NCBI GenBank assembly: GCA_965203905.1
Contig: CBDBDQ010000005.1
Coordinates: 6,112,001-6,176,000, forward strand
Direction: 5' to 3'
DNA: 64,000 nucleotides
Source: Spirochaetia bacterium
GTDB lineage: Bacteria > Spirochaetota > Spirochaetia > SZUA-6 > Bin103
Shown here: positions 1 through 12,663 of the stretch, piece by piece
Layout: each line of letters opens with the position of its first letter
How positions within the stretch are numbered: the stretch's first letter is position 1
Notes under the pieces: model-generated
Database searches by the model: none
What the model was told of the DNA's origin: nothing
The model's input: the letters and a program-made list of their open reading frames with translations, nothing else
Program-made: the position numbers and the translations under genes

Positions 1-52
1 CCAGGCCGATGGCGAGGCCCGCGGCCAGCAACTTCACTGCTTCAGGTTCCAT
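1..52 (-). CDS. atpE: F0F1 ATP synthase subunit c, 5' part (runs off the window edge)
   Basis: Reverse strand reads ATG GAA CCT GAA GCA GTG AAG... = MEPEAVKLLAAGLAIGL; AAGGAG RBS at 62-67; directly downstream of atpB. Confidence 0.85.
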   Translation of the reverse strand, partial: MEPEAVKLLAAGLAIGL

Positions 53-107
53 GCGATACAACTCCTTGTCCGAGTCTTGTCGGTGATGGGAATGGAGTGG
101 TCATTGC

Positions 108-1052
108 TCAGTGGTCCTCGTGGTGCTCGGTAGCCAAGTGGAAGAACGCCAGCGAGAGGATGAAGAACACGAACGCCTGAATCAAGCCTACGAATATCTC
201 CAGACCGAAGAACACCACCACCAGCAGCAGCGAGACCAGGCCCGTGATCACGATGAGGATCACTTCGCCGGCGAAGATGTTGCCAAACAGGCGGAATGAG
301 AAGGAGACGATCTTGGCGAACTCGCTCAGCCCCTCGAACAGGCCGACGAAAATATCCACCAGGCCCATGCCGATGCCCTTGGTGCGCAGGCTCTTGAAGC
401 GGAAGAACTGACCCAGGTAGCCTACCCCACGGCTCCAGAAGCCGAACACCTGCACCAGGAACATGGTGATCAGTGCCAGCGTCAGGGTGAGGTTGAGGTC
501 GCTGCTCGGGGCGCGCAGCCAGGGCACGATGACGAACCTGGCCTCGTTTACGTCGACGTGGGCACCGCCGCCCTTCTCCGCGGCGTGCTCCAGCACGTAC
601 TCGGCGTCGCCGCGCAGGAACAGGATCTTGTCCGCCGTCAGGGAGCCATGGTCGCTGGCGTGGACGATGCCGATGCTGCCGAGGGCCGGGCTCAGAATCC
701 CGAACCAGTTGGACACCAGCAGAAAGATGAAAATGGTGCTGCATATGGGAAAGAAGCGCGGCGCCCAGGTACGCGTCGCCGTGTCGTTGACCAGGTTGTC
801 CAGCGCTTCGATCAGTGCCTCGACGACGTTCTGGACCCCGCCGGGACGCAGCTTCAGGTTGCGTCCCACGAAGTACGCGACCAGCACGATCACCGCGCTG
901 AGGATGAACGACGTGAGCAGCGCGTTGGTCACCACCGGCCCGAGACCGATCTCCTCGGCGGCCACCTCGATGGCGGCCTGCGGCACCGGCAGCACGATGT
1001 TTCCGACCACGATCACGGCTAGCGCGAGCACGATCAGCAAGGCGATTTTCAT
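108..1052 (-). CDS. atpB: F0F1 ATP synthase subunit a
   Basis: Hydrophobic protein with SFSFRLFGNIFAGE (essential Arg), RAPSSDLN and LEIFVGLIQAFVF; start placed at MKIALL. Confidence 0.95.
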   Translation of the reverse strand: MKIALLIVLALAVIVVGNIVLPVPQAAIEVAAEEIGLGPVVTNALLTSFILSAVIVLVAYFVGRNLKLRPGGVQNVVEALIEALDNLVNDTATRTWAPRFFPICSTIFIFLLVSNWFGILSPALGSIGIVHASDHGSLTADKILFLRGDAEYVLEHAAEKGGGAHVDVNEARFVIVPWLRAPSSDLNLTLTLALITMFLVQVFGFWSRGVGYLGQFFRFKSLRTKGIGMGLVDIFVGLFEGLSEFAKIVSFSFRLFGNIFAGEVILIVITGLVSLLLVVVFFGLEIFVGLIQAFVFFILSLAFFHLATEHHEDH

Positions 1053-1059
1053 CGCGCAG

Positions 1060-1608
1060 CTAAGATGTGGCCTCGTTGGAGGCGGTCGTTTCCTCGCTCG
1101 CGCCGGGCACGGCGCCGCCATTGCCGTCGGCGGCGCTGTCCGCGGCGGGCGCCTGGTCGCCTGCCGTCGCCTCTCCGGCGGCGGCGGCCGGCGCCGCATC
1201 AGCCTCGGAAGCGGCGGCAGCGTCGCCGTCGTCTGCAGCGGCGGCAGCGTCGCCGGCAGCCGGGGCCTGCTCCTGGGTGAGGATCTCCGGTGCCGGGGTC
1301 TCCACCCACCAGTCGGTGCGCTCGATGCCGCGCATGCGCTCGGCCCGGGCCCGGCCGATGACGTTGCCCGCGTCGGGAGTGCGGTTCATCCAGGCGAGCG
1401 CAAACGCCGCCGCCAGAAAAATCACCGCCAGCACCGTGGTGGCCCGGGTCAGCACGTTGCCGGTGCGAGCGCCGAACGGAGTGCCGCTGCCACCGCCGAA
1501 CATGGCGCCGATACCACCGCCCTGATCGTCCTGGATCAACACCACGGCCATCAGCAGCAGCGCACTGACGACGAATATCACGAGAACGAGAATGGAGACT
1601 ATTGCCAT
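1060..1608 (-). CDS. secG: Preprotein translocase subunit SecG with long Ala/acidic C-terminal tail
   Basis: VLIQDDQGGGIGAMFGGGSGTPFGARTGNVLTRAT motif between two TM helices; follows tpiA. Confidence 0.92.
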   Translation of the reverse strand: MAIVSILVLVIFVVSALLLMAVVLIQDDQGGGIGAMFGGGSGTPFGARTGNVLTRATTVLAVIFLAAAFALAWMNRTPDAGNVIGRARAERMRGIERTDWWVETPAPEILTQEQAPAAGDAAAAADDGDAAAASEADAAPAAAAGEATAGDQAPAADSAADGNGGAVPGASEETTASNEATS

Positions 1609-1714
1609 GCCGGTGACGGCACCACGGCAGGGAGCCGGCGCGGCGCCGGTGCCAACTATACTAACGAGCAAGCGCCCGAATCAACGGCCTGGGATTCAGG
1701 CTGCTCAAGGCGAT

Positions 1715-2482
<768 letters not shown>

Positions 2483-2495
2483 GCGTGTGTCCCTC

Positions 2496-3683
2496 TCAGC
2501 CACCCTGGAGCGCTGCGACGCCGGGCAGGACGCGACCTTCCAGCAGTTCCAGCGAAGCGCCGCCGCCGGTGGAAACGTGGGTGACGCGGTCCGCGATCCC
2601 GGCGGCGTTGATCGCCGCCACCGAATCGCCGCCTCCCACCACGGTGGTTCCCGCACACTCCGCCACCGCCCGTGCCACGGCATGGGTGCCGGCCGCGAAC
2701 GGCGCCACCTCGAATACCCCCATCGGTCCGTTCCACATTACCGTCCGTGCGGCGGCAATGCGGGACGCGAACGCGGTCCTGGTTCGCGGCCCGATATCCA
2801 CCCCTATGGCGCTGCCGGGAATGGCATCGTCGGGGGTCACGGCGTGCCGGGCGGAGGCGCTGATGGCGCTCGCGGCAACGTGATCGCAGGGCAGCAGCAA
2901 CGCTACTCCACCCTCGGCGGCGCGCCGCACCAGGTCGCCGGCGGTGGCGACCAGGTCCGGCTCCACCAGCGAGTTGCCCACCGCGACGCCGCGTGCCTGC
3001 AGGAAGGTGTAGGCCATTCCACCGCCGATCAGCAGGGTGTCCACCTTGGGCAGCAGGTGCTCCAGGACCGCGACCTTGGAGGACACCTTGGCGCCGCCGA
3101 CCAGCGCCACGAACGGCCGGGCGGGAGCGGTAAGGAGCTGCGTCAGAACCGCCACCTCGCGCGCCATGAGCAATCCGGCGGCGGCGGGCAGATGGGCGGC
3201 CACCAGCGCGGTGGAAGCGTGGGCGCGATGGGCCGCGCCGAACGCATCGTTCACGTAGACGTTGCCCAGCGCCGCCAGCCGGCGCGCGAAGGCGGCATCG
3301 CCGGCCTCCTCCTCGGGGTGGAAGCGCAGGTTTTCCAACAACATCACGCCGCCCGGCGGCAGCGCAGCGGCGAGACGCTCCACCTCCGGTCCGACACAGT
3401 CGGGCGCCATGGTCACCGCACGCCCGAGCAGGCGGCCGAGGTGAGCGGCCACCGGTGCCAGGCTCAGCCCCGCCCGCGGCTTGCCCTTGGGCCGACCCAG
3501 GTGACTCATCAGCACGACGCTCGATTGCGGCTGCTCCAGGATGGCGTGCAGCGTGGGGAGCGCCGCGCGGATCCGGGTGTCGTCTGCGACGCCCCCGTGT
3601 TCCAGCGGCACGTTGAAGTCCACCCGCAGCAACACGCGCTGGCCCGCCAGCGGAAGATCGGACAACCCGCGCACTGCCGTCAC
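2496..3683 (-). CDS. pgk: Phosphoglycerate kinase
   Basis: RVDFNVP, SHLGRP, LLENLRF, NDAFGAAHRAH, HVSTGGGASLE. Confidence 0.98.
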   Translation of the reverse strand: MTAVRGLSDLPLAGQRVLLRVDFNVPLEHGGVADDTRIRAALPTLHAILEQPQSSVVLMSHLGRPKGKPRAGLSLAPVAAHLGRLLGRAVTMAPDCVGPEVERLAAALPPGGVMLLENLRFHPEEEAGDAAFARRLAALGNVYVNDAFGAAHRAHASTALVAAHLPAAAGLLMAREVAVLTQLLTAPARPFVALVGGAKVSSKVAVLEHLLPKVDTLLIGGGMAYTFLQARGVAVGNSLVEPDLVATAGDLVRRAAEGGVALLLPCDHVAASAISASARHAVTPDDAIPGSAIGVDIGPRTRTAFASRIAAARTVMWNGPMGVFEVAPFAAGTHAVARAVAECAGTTVVGGGDSVAAINAAGIADRVTHVSTGGGASLELLEGRVLPGVAALQGG

Positions 3684-4498
3684 CGCTGCCGCTCCTCCCC
3701 GTCGACGCCGTCCGCGCCTGCCGGAGCACCCCGGCGCACCACGATCTTTACACTGGTGATGCGGTTTCCCTCCATCTGCTGGATCACGAAGTCGGCCCTG
3801 CCGTAACGCTGCTTCTCGTATTTCACGGGGATCTTGCCGAACAGATCGAACACGAAGCCGCCGAGGGTCTCGAAGTCGTCCTCGGGCAGATCGAACTCCG
3901 AGTGCTGGTTCAGTTCATCGAGACGCACGCGCGCGTCGCACAGATAGATGCCCTCGCCGATCTTCTGAATCTCGTCGGCTTCGTTGTCGAATTCATCCTG
4001 GATGTCGCCGACGATCTCCTCGATCACGTCCTCGAGACAGACGATCCCCGAGGTGCCGCCGTACTCGTCCACGATCACCGCGATGTGCACGTGGCGGAGC
4101 TGGAACTCCCGCAGCAGCTCATCGACCTTCTTGGTTTCCGGAACGAAGAAGGGGCGGCGCATGATGCGCTCCAGAACCGGTTCCTCCCCCTCGCCGGCCG
4201 CCGCCGCCCGCGAGCGCAGCAGATCCTTGGCGTACACCACCCCGACGATGTTGTCCATGTTCTGGTGATAGACCGGGAGCCGCGAGTGGCCGCTGGCCGC
4301 CACCCGTTCCACCAGGGCTTCGGCGGGGGTGTCGGACGAAACCGAGATCACGTCCGGACGCGGCACCATGATCTCCTTCACGGTGCTCCGGGAAAGCTCG
4401 ACGACACCCTGGATCATCTCCTTGGCGGCGCCGTCGAGATTGGCTAGGTCATCCTCTTCCGAATCCGCTCTGCCGAGCAGCTTCTCCAGGAACCCCAT
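3680..4498 (-). CDS. corC: CBS-pair/CorC-HlyC family protein (Mg/Co homeostasis)
   Basis: VKEIMVPR, GHSRLPVY, VDEYGGTSGIVCLEDVIEEIVGDIQDEFD, ETLGGFV; GGAGG RBS before MGFLEK. Confidence 0.88.
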   Translation of the reverse strand: MGFLEKLLGRADSEEDDLANLDGAAKEMIQGVVELSRSTVKEIMVPRPDVISVSSDTPAEALVERVAASGHSRLPVYHQNMDNIVGVVYAKDLLRSRAAAAGEGEEPVLERIMRRPFFVPETKKVDELLREFQLRHVHIAVIVDEYGGTSGIVCLEDVIEEIVGDIQDEFDNEADEIQKIGEGIYLCDARVRLDELNQHSEFDLPEDDFETLGGFVFDLFGKIPVKYEKQRYGRADFVIQQMEGNRITSVKIVVRRGAPAGADGVDGEERQR

Positions 4499-4499
4499 C

Positions 4500-5000
4500 T
4501 TATTCCTCCACAACTTCGGGTAGTACGTGCCGGAGCCGATCCACATCCGACCGCAGATCGGCCAGCATCCGTTCCTGCAACGTCAACATGGGCTCATCGT
4601 CGGTGGGCGGGTCGGCGTGATCCATGCCCACGAGATGCAGCATACCGTGTACCAGCAACCGACACAGCTCGCGTTCCCGCGGCTCGCCGCGGCTCGCCGC
4701 CTGACGCGCGGCCACGTCCACGGCGATGACCACGTCGCCGGCCACCTGCTCCGAAAGTGCCGACCGGTGGCCATGGTCGTCGAGCTGCCTGAACGACAGC
4801 ACGTCGGTAGGTGCTTCGATGCCCCGGTAGCGCGCATTGAGATCGCGCATGGCGGCCTCGTCGCACAGCAGCACCGATACCTCCAGGGGACTCTGCAGGC
4901 GCTCCAGCACGCGGCAGCCGAACTGCCCCAGCGCCACCTGCAGCCGCGTCCCCCGCTCGTTCGCATGCGCGCCACCAGCCCAGCGCACCTCCACGGTCAC
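4500..5000 (-). CDS. ybeY: rRNA maturation RNase YbeY
   Basis: LNARYRG..PTDVLSF and HGMLHLVGMDH; phoH-ybeY-corC synteny. Confidence 0.95.
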   Translation of the reverse strand: MTVEVRWAGGAHANERGTRLQVALGQFGCRVLERLQSPLEVSVLLCDEAAMRDLNARYRGIEAPTDVLSFRQLDDHGHRSALSEQVAGDVVIAVDVAARQAASRGEPRERELCRLLVHGMLHLVGMDHADPPTDDEPMLTLQERMLADLRSDVDRLRHVLPEVVEE

Positions 5001-5998
5001 GGCGCAACTCCGTCCGGCGCGGCCGCGGGCTGCTCGGCCGCCTCGTAGGCGCGTACGATCTTGCGCACCAGTGCGCTGCGTACCACGTCAGCCTGCCCCA
5101 GACGCACGAAACAGATCTCCTGCACCGGTGACAGTACCGACATGATATGAATCAGGCCCGAGTCCTGGCGGCGCGGCAGATCGACCTGGGTGATGTCCCC
5201 CGTGATCACGGCACGCGACCCCTCGCCCAGCCGGGTAAGAAACATCTTCATCTGCTCGCGCGTGGTGTTCTGTGCCTCGTCCAGGATCACGTAGCTGTCG
5301 GCGAGCGTGCGGCCCCGCATGTAGGCCAGCGGAGCCACTTCGATGGCCCGGGTCTCCTCCATGCGCCGCAACGTATCGCTGGAGACCAGCGCATCCATGG
5401 CGTCGTACAGCGGCCGCAGGTAGGGGTCCACCTTCTGCGCCAGGTCGCCGGGCAGGTAGCCGAGACTCTCGCCCGCCTCCACCACCGGCCTGGTAACCAC
5501 CAGGCGGCGCTTGTCCCGGCTGAGCACCGCGCGCAAGGCGGCGGCGACGGCGAGGAACGTCTTGCCGGTACCGGCCGGGCCGATGGCCACCACCAGCTCG
5601 TGAGCGGCCAGTGCCTCCAGGTACCGGCTCTGGCGCTCGCTGCGCGCATAGATGCGATCCAGGCCGCCCGGGATCAACACCGGATCGGCGCCGTTGCTGC
5701 GCTCGGGCGCGGTCACCGCCTCGTGGGCGGCGGCAATGGCGAACCGATCCAGGGTGCGTCCGCCAGCGGCCTGTTCCCGCAGCCAGTCGAGCATCGCGGC
5801 AAAGCGGCGCCGCTGGTCGGCGCTGTCGGTGTCCAGCAGCAACTCGTTGCCACGGCTGCGCACCGGTGCCCCGAGCAGTTCCTCGAAGGCGCGCAGATTG
5901 CTGTCATTGGGGCCGCAGAGCTCGCGCAGGAAGCCGATGTTGGTGAGGGCTACCGTCACTGCAAGCGCCATCGGCGGCCCGTCAGCGGAGCCGGCCAC
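4997..5998 (-). CDS. phoH: PhoH/YbeZ family ATPase (start may be ATG at 5971)
   Basis: GPAGTGKT, TRPVVEAGESLGYLPGD, LAYMRGRTL, DEAQN. Confidence 0.95.
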   Translation of the reverse strand: MAGSADGPPMALAVTVALTNIGFLRELCGPNDSNLRAFEELLGAPVRSRGNELLLDTDSADQRRRFAAMLDWLREQAAGGRTLDRFAIAAAHEAVTAPERSNGADPVLIPGGLDRIYARSERQSRYLEALAAHELVVAIGPAGTGKTFLAVAAALRAVLSRDKRRLVVTRPVVEAGESLGYLPGDLAQKVDPYLRPLYDAMDALVSSDTLRRMEETRAIEVAPLAYMRGRTLADSYVILDEAQNTTREQMKMFLTRLGEGSRAVITGDITQVDLPRRQDSGLIHIMSVLSPVQEICFVRLGQADVVRSALVRKIVRAYEAAEQPAAAPDGVAP

Positions 5999-6127
5999 GG
6001 GCGGCGAAGGAGACCGCTCACCGGGCGGGGTGTTGCTGTGTGCACGTAAACACCGGTATCAGGAGTGCCAAGGTTGCGGTATCGACGCTGAACTGTCAAC
6101 AGGCACGCCACAACGGTCTCACAACGG

Positions 6128-9100
6128 TCACTCGCTGATGAAGAACTCGTCGTCGTCGCCGCCCAGGCTGCTGCGGATTTCCGGCACCGGCAGCCACTGC
6201 ACCACGATCGAGAACTCGGAGGAGAGGGCGATGACACCGTCCTCCTGCGCCCTTGGCCGCACGCTGTAGTCGAAGGTCAGGTCCCAGTCCTGCAGATGAT
6301 GGACCGCGCTCAGGCTCAGCCGGTCGATCTTGAAGTTGGACCGCAGGCGCAGGCTGTCGTCCCAGAATGCGAACGACCACAGCAGGTCCTCGATTGGGTT
6401 CAGCGGTTCCTGCCCGGCATCGCGCGCCCAGTCCGGGAAGTAGCGATAGGTCCGCTCGTTGCTGGATGCCGTGGCGAAGGTAAGGTCGAGGAACTCGTGA
6501 ACCCGCGCGGTAAAGGCGGTGCTGAAGGTGAAGCGATTGCTCCTGGGGTCGGGAAAGTTGACCGTCCATCCGGCGCGGGCGGTGAACTCGAGCCTGATGC
6601 GGTCGCGCCACAGGTAGCTCGGCCCCAGCGTCTCGGTGTAGTCGATGCGCAATTGCTGCAGCCCGAGGGTCTCCTCTTCGCGCCCCGTCCGCTGCAGGGG
6701 CAGCGCGATCAGGGAGGCGTTGAGGCCACCCAGCCGGAGTGAGCTGACGCTGCGCGCTACCCGGGCCGCCGGCGCGTCCTCGGGTACCCGGCGATAGGCC
6801 AGGTCGATGCTCAGCTGCTGGCGCAGGGACAATGGCTCCAGCGGCTTCGCCTCCAGGCTCAGGTTGAGCGGCTGCGGCTCCCACTCGGCACATTCCCCCA
6901 GCGGCGACCGGGACTCGTCCTCCATGCCGGTCCGCGGGTCGTCCCTGCAGCGCACGCCGGTGCTCGCGGAAGCGGAGACGTCGCCGGCGCTCAACGCCAG
7001 GCCGGCGCTCAGGAGCATGGGCCGCGGCGGCAGGTCCGCGCTCAGGGTCAGGCGCTGGGGGAAATCAGCCACCTGCAGCGCGGCCACGGCCGCCAGCCGG
7101 TGGCGGGTGATGCCGTCGATGTCCCAGCTGCCCCAACGGGTGCGAAAGTCTTCGTCGGCCGCGACGTAGGCGAGGTTGAGGAGACGCAGGTCGAGATCGT
7201 AGGTCACTGCCGAGCGCTCCAATGCCGGCTGCCCCAGCAGCGGCCGCAGGGTGAGCCGATTGCCGAGGCTCACGGTAATGCCCGACCGGCTCCGGGTCTC
7301 GACGGTCAGCCGCTCCCGCTGCGGGTCAGGCATGTTTTCGGCGGTGTGGACCAGGCTCTGCAGCGTGATGGTGTTGCGCAGGCTGTTGTCGAGGCCAAGC
7401 ACGCCGCCGTACAGGTCCGCATCGTGCTGCACCAGCGTGGTGTGAGCCACCTGGACGGTGGCCGATTCCAGCGCATGGTCCACGTCGCGTGCCGTGTTCC
7501 AGCGGGCGCTGTCGTGGGTACCCTCGAAGGTGACGCCGGGACGCAGATCGTAGCGCAGCCGCACGGTCGATTCCTGCTGCGGCCGGGACCGGGTGGAGCT
7601 CTGCGGCAGGGCCTCGGGAGCGGCTGCCTCCGGCGCGGTACCGCGCGCAGGCGGCTCGGGATCGGTCGGCGCCTCCTCCGTCGCCGATACCATGCCCGAG
7701 CGCGGGCGCAACCGGCCGCCGGGCAGGTCGGGGGGGGCCTCCTGAACGGCGCCGGCCGGGCTGGCCGGCAGCCGCAGCAACGTACCGCCCATCTGCGCGA
7801 ACAGCGGCAGGCGCAGGGACGAGGGATAGAAGAACGTGCGCGTCGGATCGTGGCGGGCGCCCGCGGAGGTCCCCGGCGCAGCGGCGGTCCGGCTGTGCCA
7901 GAGCCAGCGCACCCCGGCGTTGCGCACGCTCAGCTGATCGATCGGCCGCGGGGCACTCCGCCCTGGCGCCAGCAGACCGGAGAAATCGGCGCGCGCGTTG
8001 AGATCCCAGGACAGGTTCGTGCGCCGTGTCGGGGCATCCTCCGCGGCGGCCGTGAATCCTATCAGCGCCGGCCAGTTGAACCGCTCCTCGCGGTTGCCGA
8101 AGTCGGTCGTGAATTCGGGATCCGAGAACAGCTCCACGCGGCCGGTCAGCGAGACGTCGGGCAACGCCAGGTTGCCGGCCAGCTCCAGACCGTAGCGCAG
8201 CGGCAGGGTCACGCCGAACAGCGACGAGTCGTGCCAGTACGAGCGTCCGCTCACCGGGTCCGAGGCAATGAGGCTGCCGCCGAGCGGCCATATGCTGCGG
8301 GAACGCGCCACCCCGAGCTGGAACTCCAGCGCACCGCTCTCGGCCAGCGGCAGGTCCCCCGCGACGCCCGCGAACAGGCCCAACCGGGCGTACAGGTCCA
8401 GCATCAGCTTCAGGTAGTGCTCGTCGGACGGCGGCTCGTCGGTCGGCACCCGACGCAGAAACAGGCCGCGCAACTCCTCGCGATACTGCCCCGGAGTGGT
8501 CAGGCTCAGCACCGACAGCGGCTCGTCCTCCGGTGGCCGGCGGCCAATCAGATACAGGGTGGTGTTGACGAACAGTCCCTCGCGATCCCGCACCCCGAGG
8601 GCGGGACGAAGCACCATCTCGTCGCCGGGCAGAAAGAAGAACGGCAGGTAGAGCACCGGAACCCCACCCACGTACAGGGTGGCCCCCTGCAACCCCCACT
8701 CGCCCGGCGCCAACAGCCACATGCGCTCGGCGCGGACCTCGTAGTTCGGCAGTCTCGGATGGGAGCTCGTGAAGCGGGCGCCATCCAGAATGATGGTGGC
8801 GTCGGCCAGGCGCGTGATCGTGTCGCCGGCAAAGGAAAAGGTCACGGGACCGGCGACGCCATCGCGCTGCTGGCGGGTGAAGCCATCCACGAACACCGCC
8901 TTGGAGGTTGCCAGGTCGAACGCCAGGCTCGCCGCCCCCACCAGTTGCGGCTCGCCGTCACCGTGCGTCACCACGTACTCCACGCCGCCGCGCGCAGAGA
9001 GCAGCTCCGCGTCGTGGTGGTAGATCACTTCGTCGGCGCGGATCACGTGCTCGGAATCCGCATCCGCATCCTGCACCACCAGCTCCACGGCGCCGCGCAA

Positions 9101-9601
9101 CACCAGGTAACTGCCGCCGGTCGCCGCGTCGCCGCGATACTCGGCATGGACCGCCTGCCGCACGTCCACCACCTGTGCCGGCTGCGACGGCGGCCCCGAC
9201 ACCTCCTCCGGCAGGGCGTAGAAGCGCCGCAACCGCGCCTGCAGGTCACGCCGACTGCCGCGGTCGTCCAGGCCCAGCCGGCGCGCCTCGGCGCGCAGCT
9301 CGTCGTAGCCTGCGCCGGCGATGTCGTCCGCCAGCGTAGCGCGAATCAGCTTCCGCGCAGCCGGAGACGCGGCGGGCGCCACCACCGGCACCTGCGGCTC
9401 GGCGGACGCCTCCACGACCGCGGTAGCGCCGTCAGTCGCGTCGGCGGAGGGCGTTGCCGCGGCCGGCTCCGCCGCGGTTGCCTGCTCGGGAGCGGTGGCT
9501 GCCGCCGCCGCGTCCGGGGGATCCTGGACCGGGGCCGTCTGCGTTGCCACGATGCGCGGCAAGAGCAGCAGCGCCGCCACGACAAGGGCGCCGGCAAGCA
9601 C
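6128..9601 (-). CDS. Large outer-membrane protein, spirochaete-type LPS-assembly LptD-like (start uncertain, about 9601-9690)
   Basis: Hydrophobic signal-like N-terminus; LptD-like segment (YEVRAERMWLLAPGEW..LYVGGVPVLYLPFFFLPG); beta-strand-rich C-terminus; the portion of the 6128..10237 ORF above 9694 overlaps uvrA and is discarded. Confidence 0.7.
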   Translation of the reverse strand: MLAGALVVAALLLLPRIVATQTAPVQDPPDAAAAATAPEQATAAEPAAATPSADATDGATAVVEASAEPQVPVVAPAASPAARKLIRATLADDIAGAGYDELRAEARRLGLDDRGSRRDLQARLRRFYALPEEVSGPPSQPAQVVDVRQAVHAEYRGDAATGGSYLVLRGAVELVVQDADADSEHVIRADEVIYHHDAELLSARGGVEYVVTHGDGEPQLVGAASLAFDLATSKAVFVDGFTRQQRDGVAGPVTFSFAGDTITRLADATIILDGARFTSSHPRLPNYEVRAERMWLLAPGEWGLQGATLYVGGVPVLYLPFFFLPGDEMVLRPALGVRDREGLFVNTTLYLIGRRPPEDEPLSVLSLTTPGQYREELRGLFLRRVPTDEPPSDEHYLKLMLDLYARLGLFAGVAGDLPLAESGALEFQLGVARSRSIWPLGGSLIASDPVSGRSYWHDSSLFGVTLPLRYGLELAGNLALPDVSLTGRVELFSDPEFTTDFGNREERFNWPALIGFTAAAEDAPTRRTNLSWDLNARADFSGLLAPGRSAPRPIDQLSVRNAGVRWLWHSRTAAAPGTSAGARHDPTRTFFYPSSLRLPLFAQMGGTLLRLPASPAGAVQEAPPDLPGGRLRPRSGMVSATEEAPTDPEPPARGTAPEAAAPEALPQSSTRSRPQQESTVRLRYDLRPGVTFEGTHDSARWNTARDVDHALESATVQVAHTTLVQHDADLYGGVLGLDNSLRNTITLQSLVHTAENMPDPQRERLTVETRSRSGITVSLGNRLTLRPLLGQPALERSAVTYDLDLRLLNLAYVAADEDFRTRWGSWDIDGITRHRLAAVAALQVADFPQRLTLSADLPPRPMLLSAGLALSAGDVSASASTGVRCRDDPRTGMEDESRSPLGECAEWEPQPLNLSLEAKPLEPLSLRQQLSIDLAYRRVPEDAPAARVARSVSSLRLGGLNASLIALPLQRTGREEETLGLQQLRIDYTETLGPSYLWRDRIRLEFTARAGWTVNFPDPRSNRFTFSTAFTARVHEFLDLTFATASSNERTYRYFPDWARDAGQEPLNPIEDLLWSFAFWDDSLRLRSNFKIDRLSLSAVHHLQDWDLTFDYSVRPRAQEDGVIALSSEFSIVVQWLPVPEIRSSLGGDDDEFFISE

Positions 9602-9693
9602 CTCTCGCTTGTGAATCGCGGCGAGACGCCGTATCGCGGCCGTTGGCGCAGTCCGGCAACGGCCGTTCCGCAGTCGGACGTGGGGCCGAGTAC

Positions 9694-12659
<2,966 letters not shown>

Positions 12660-12663
<4 letters not shown>

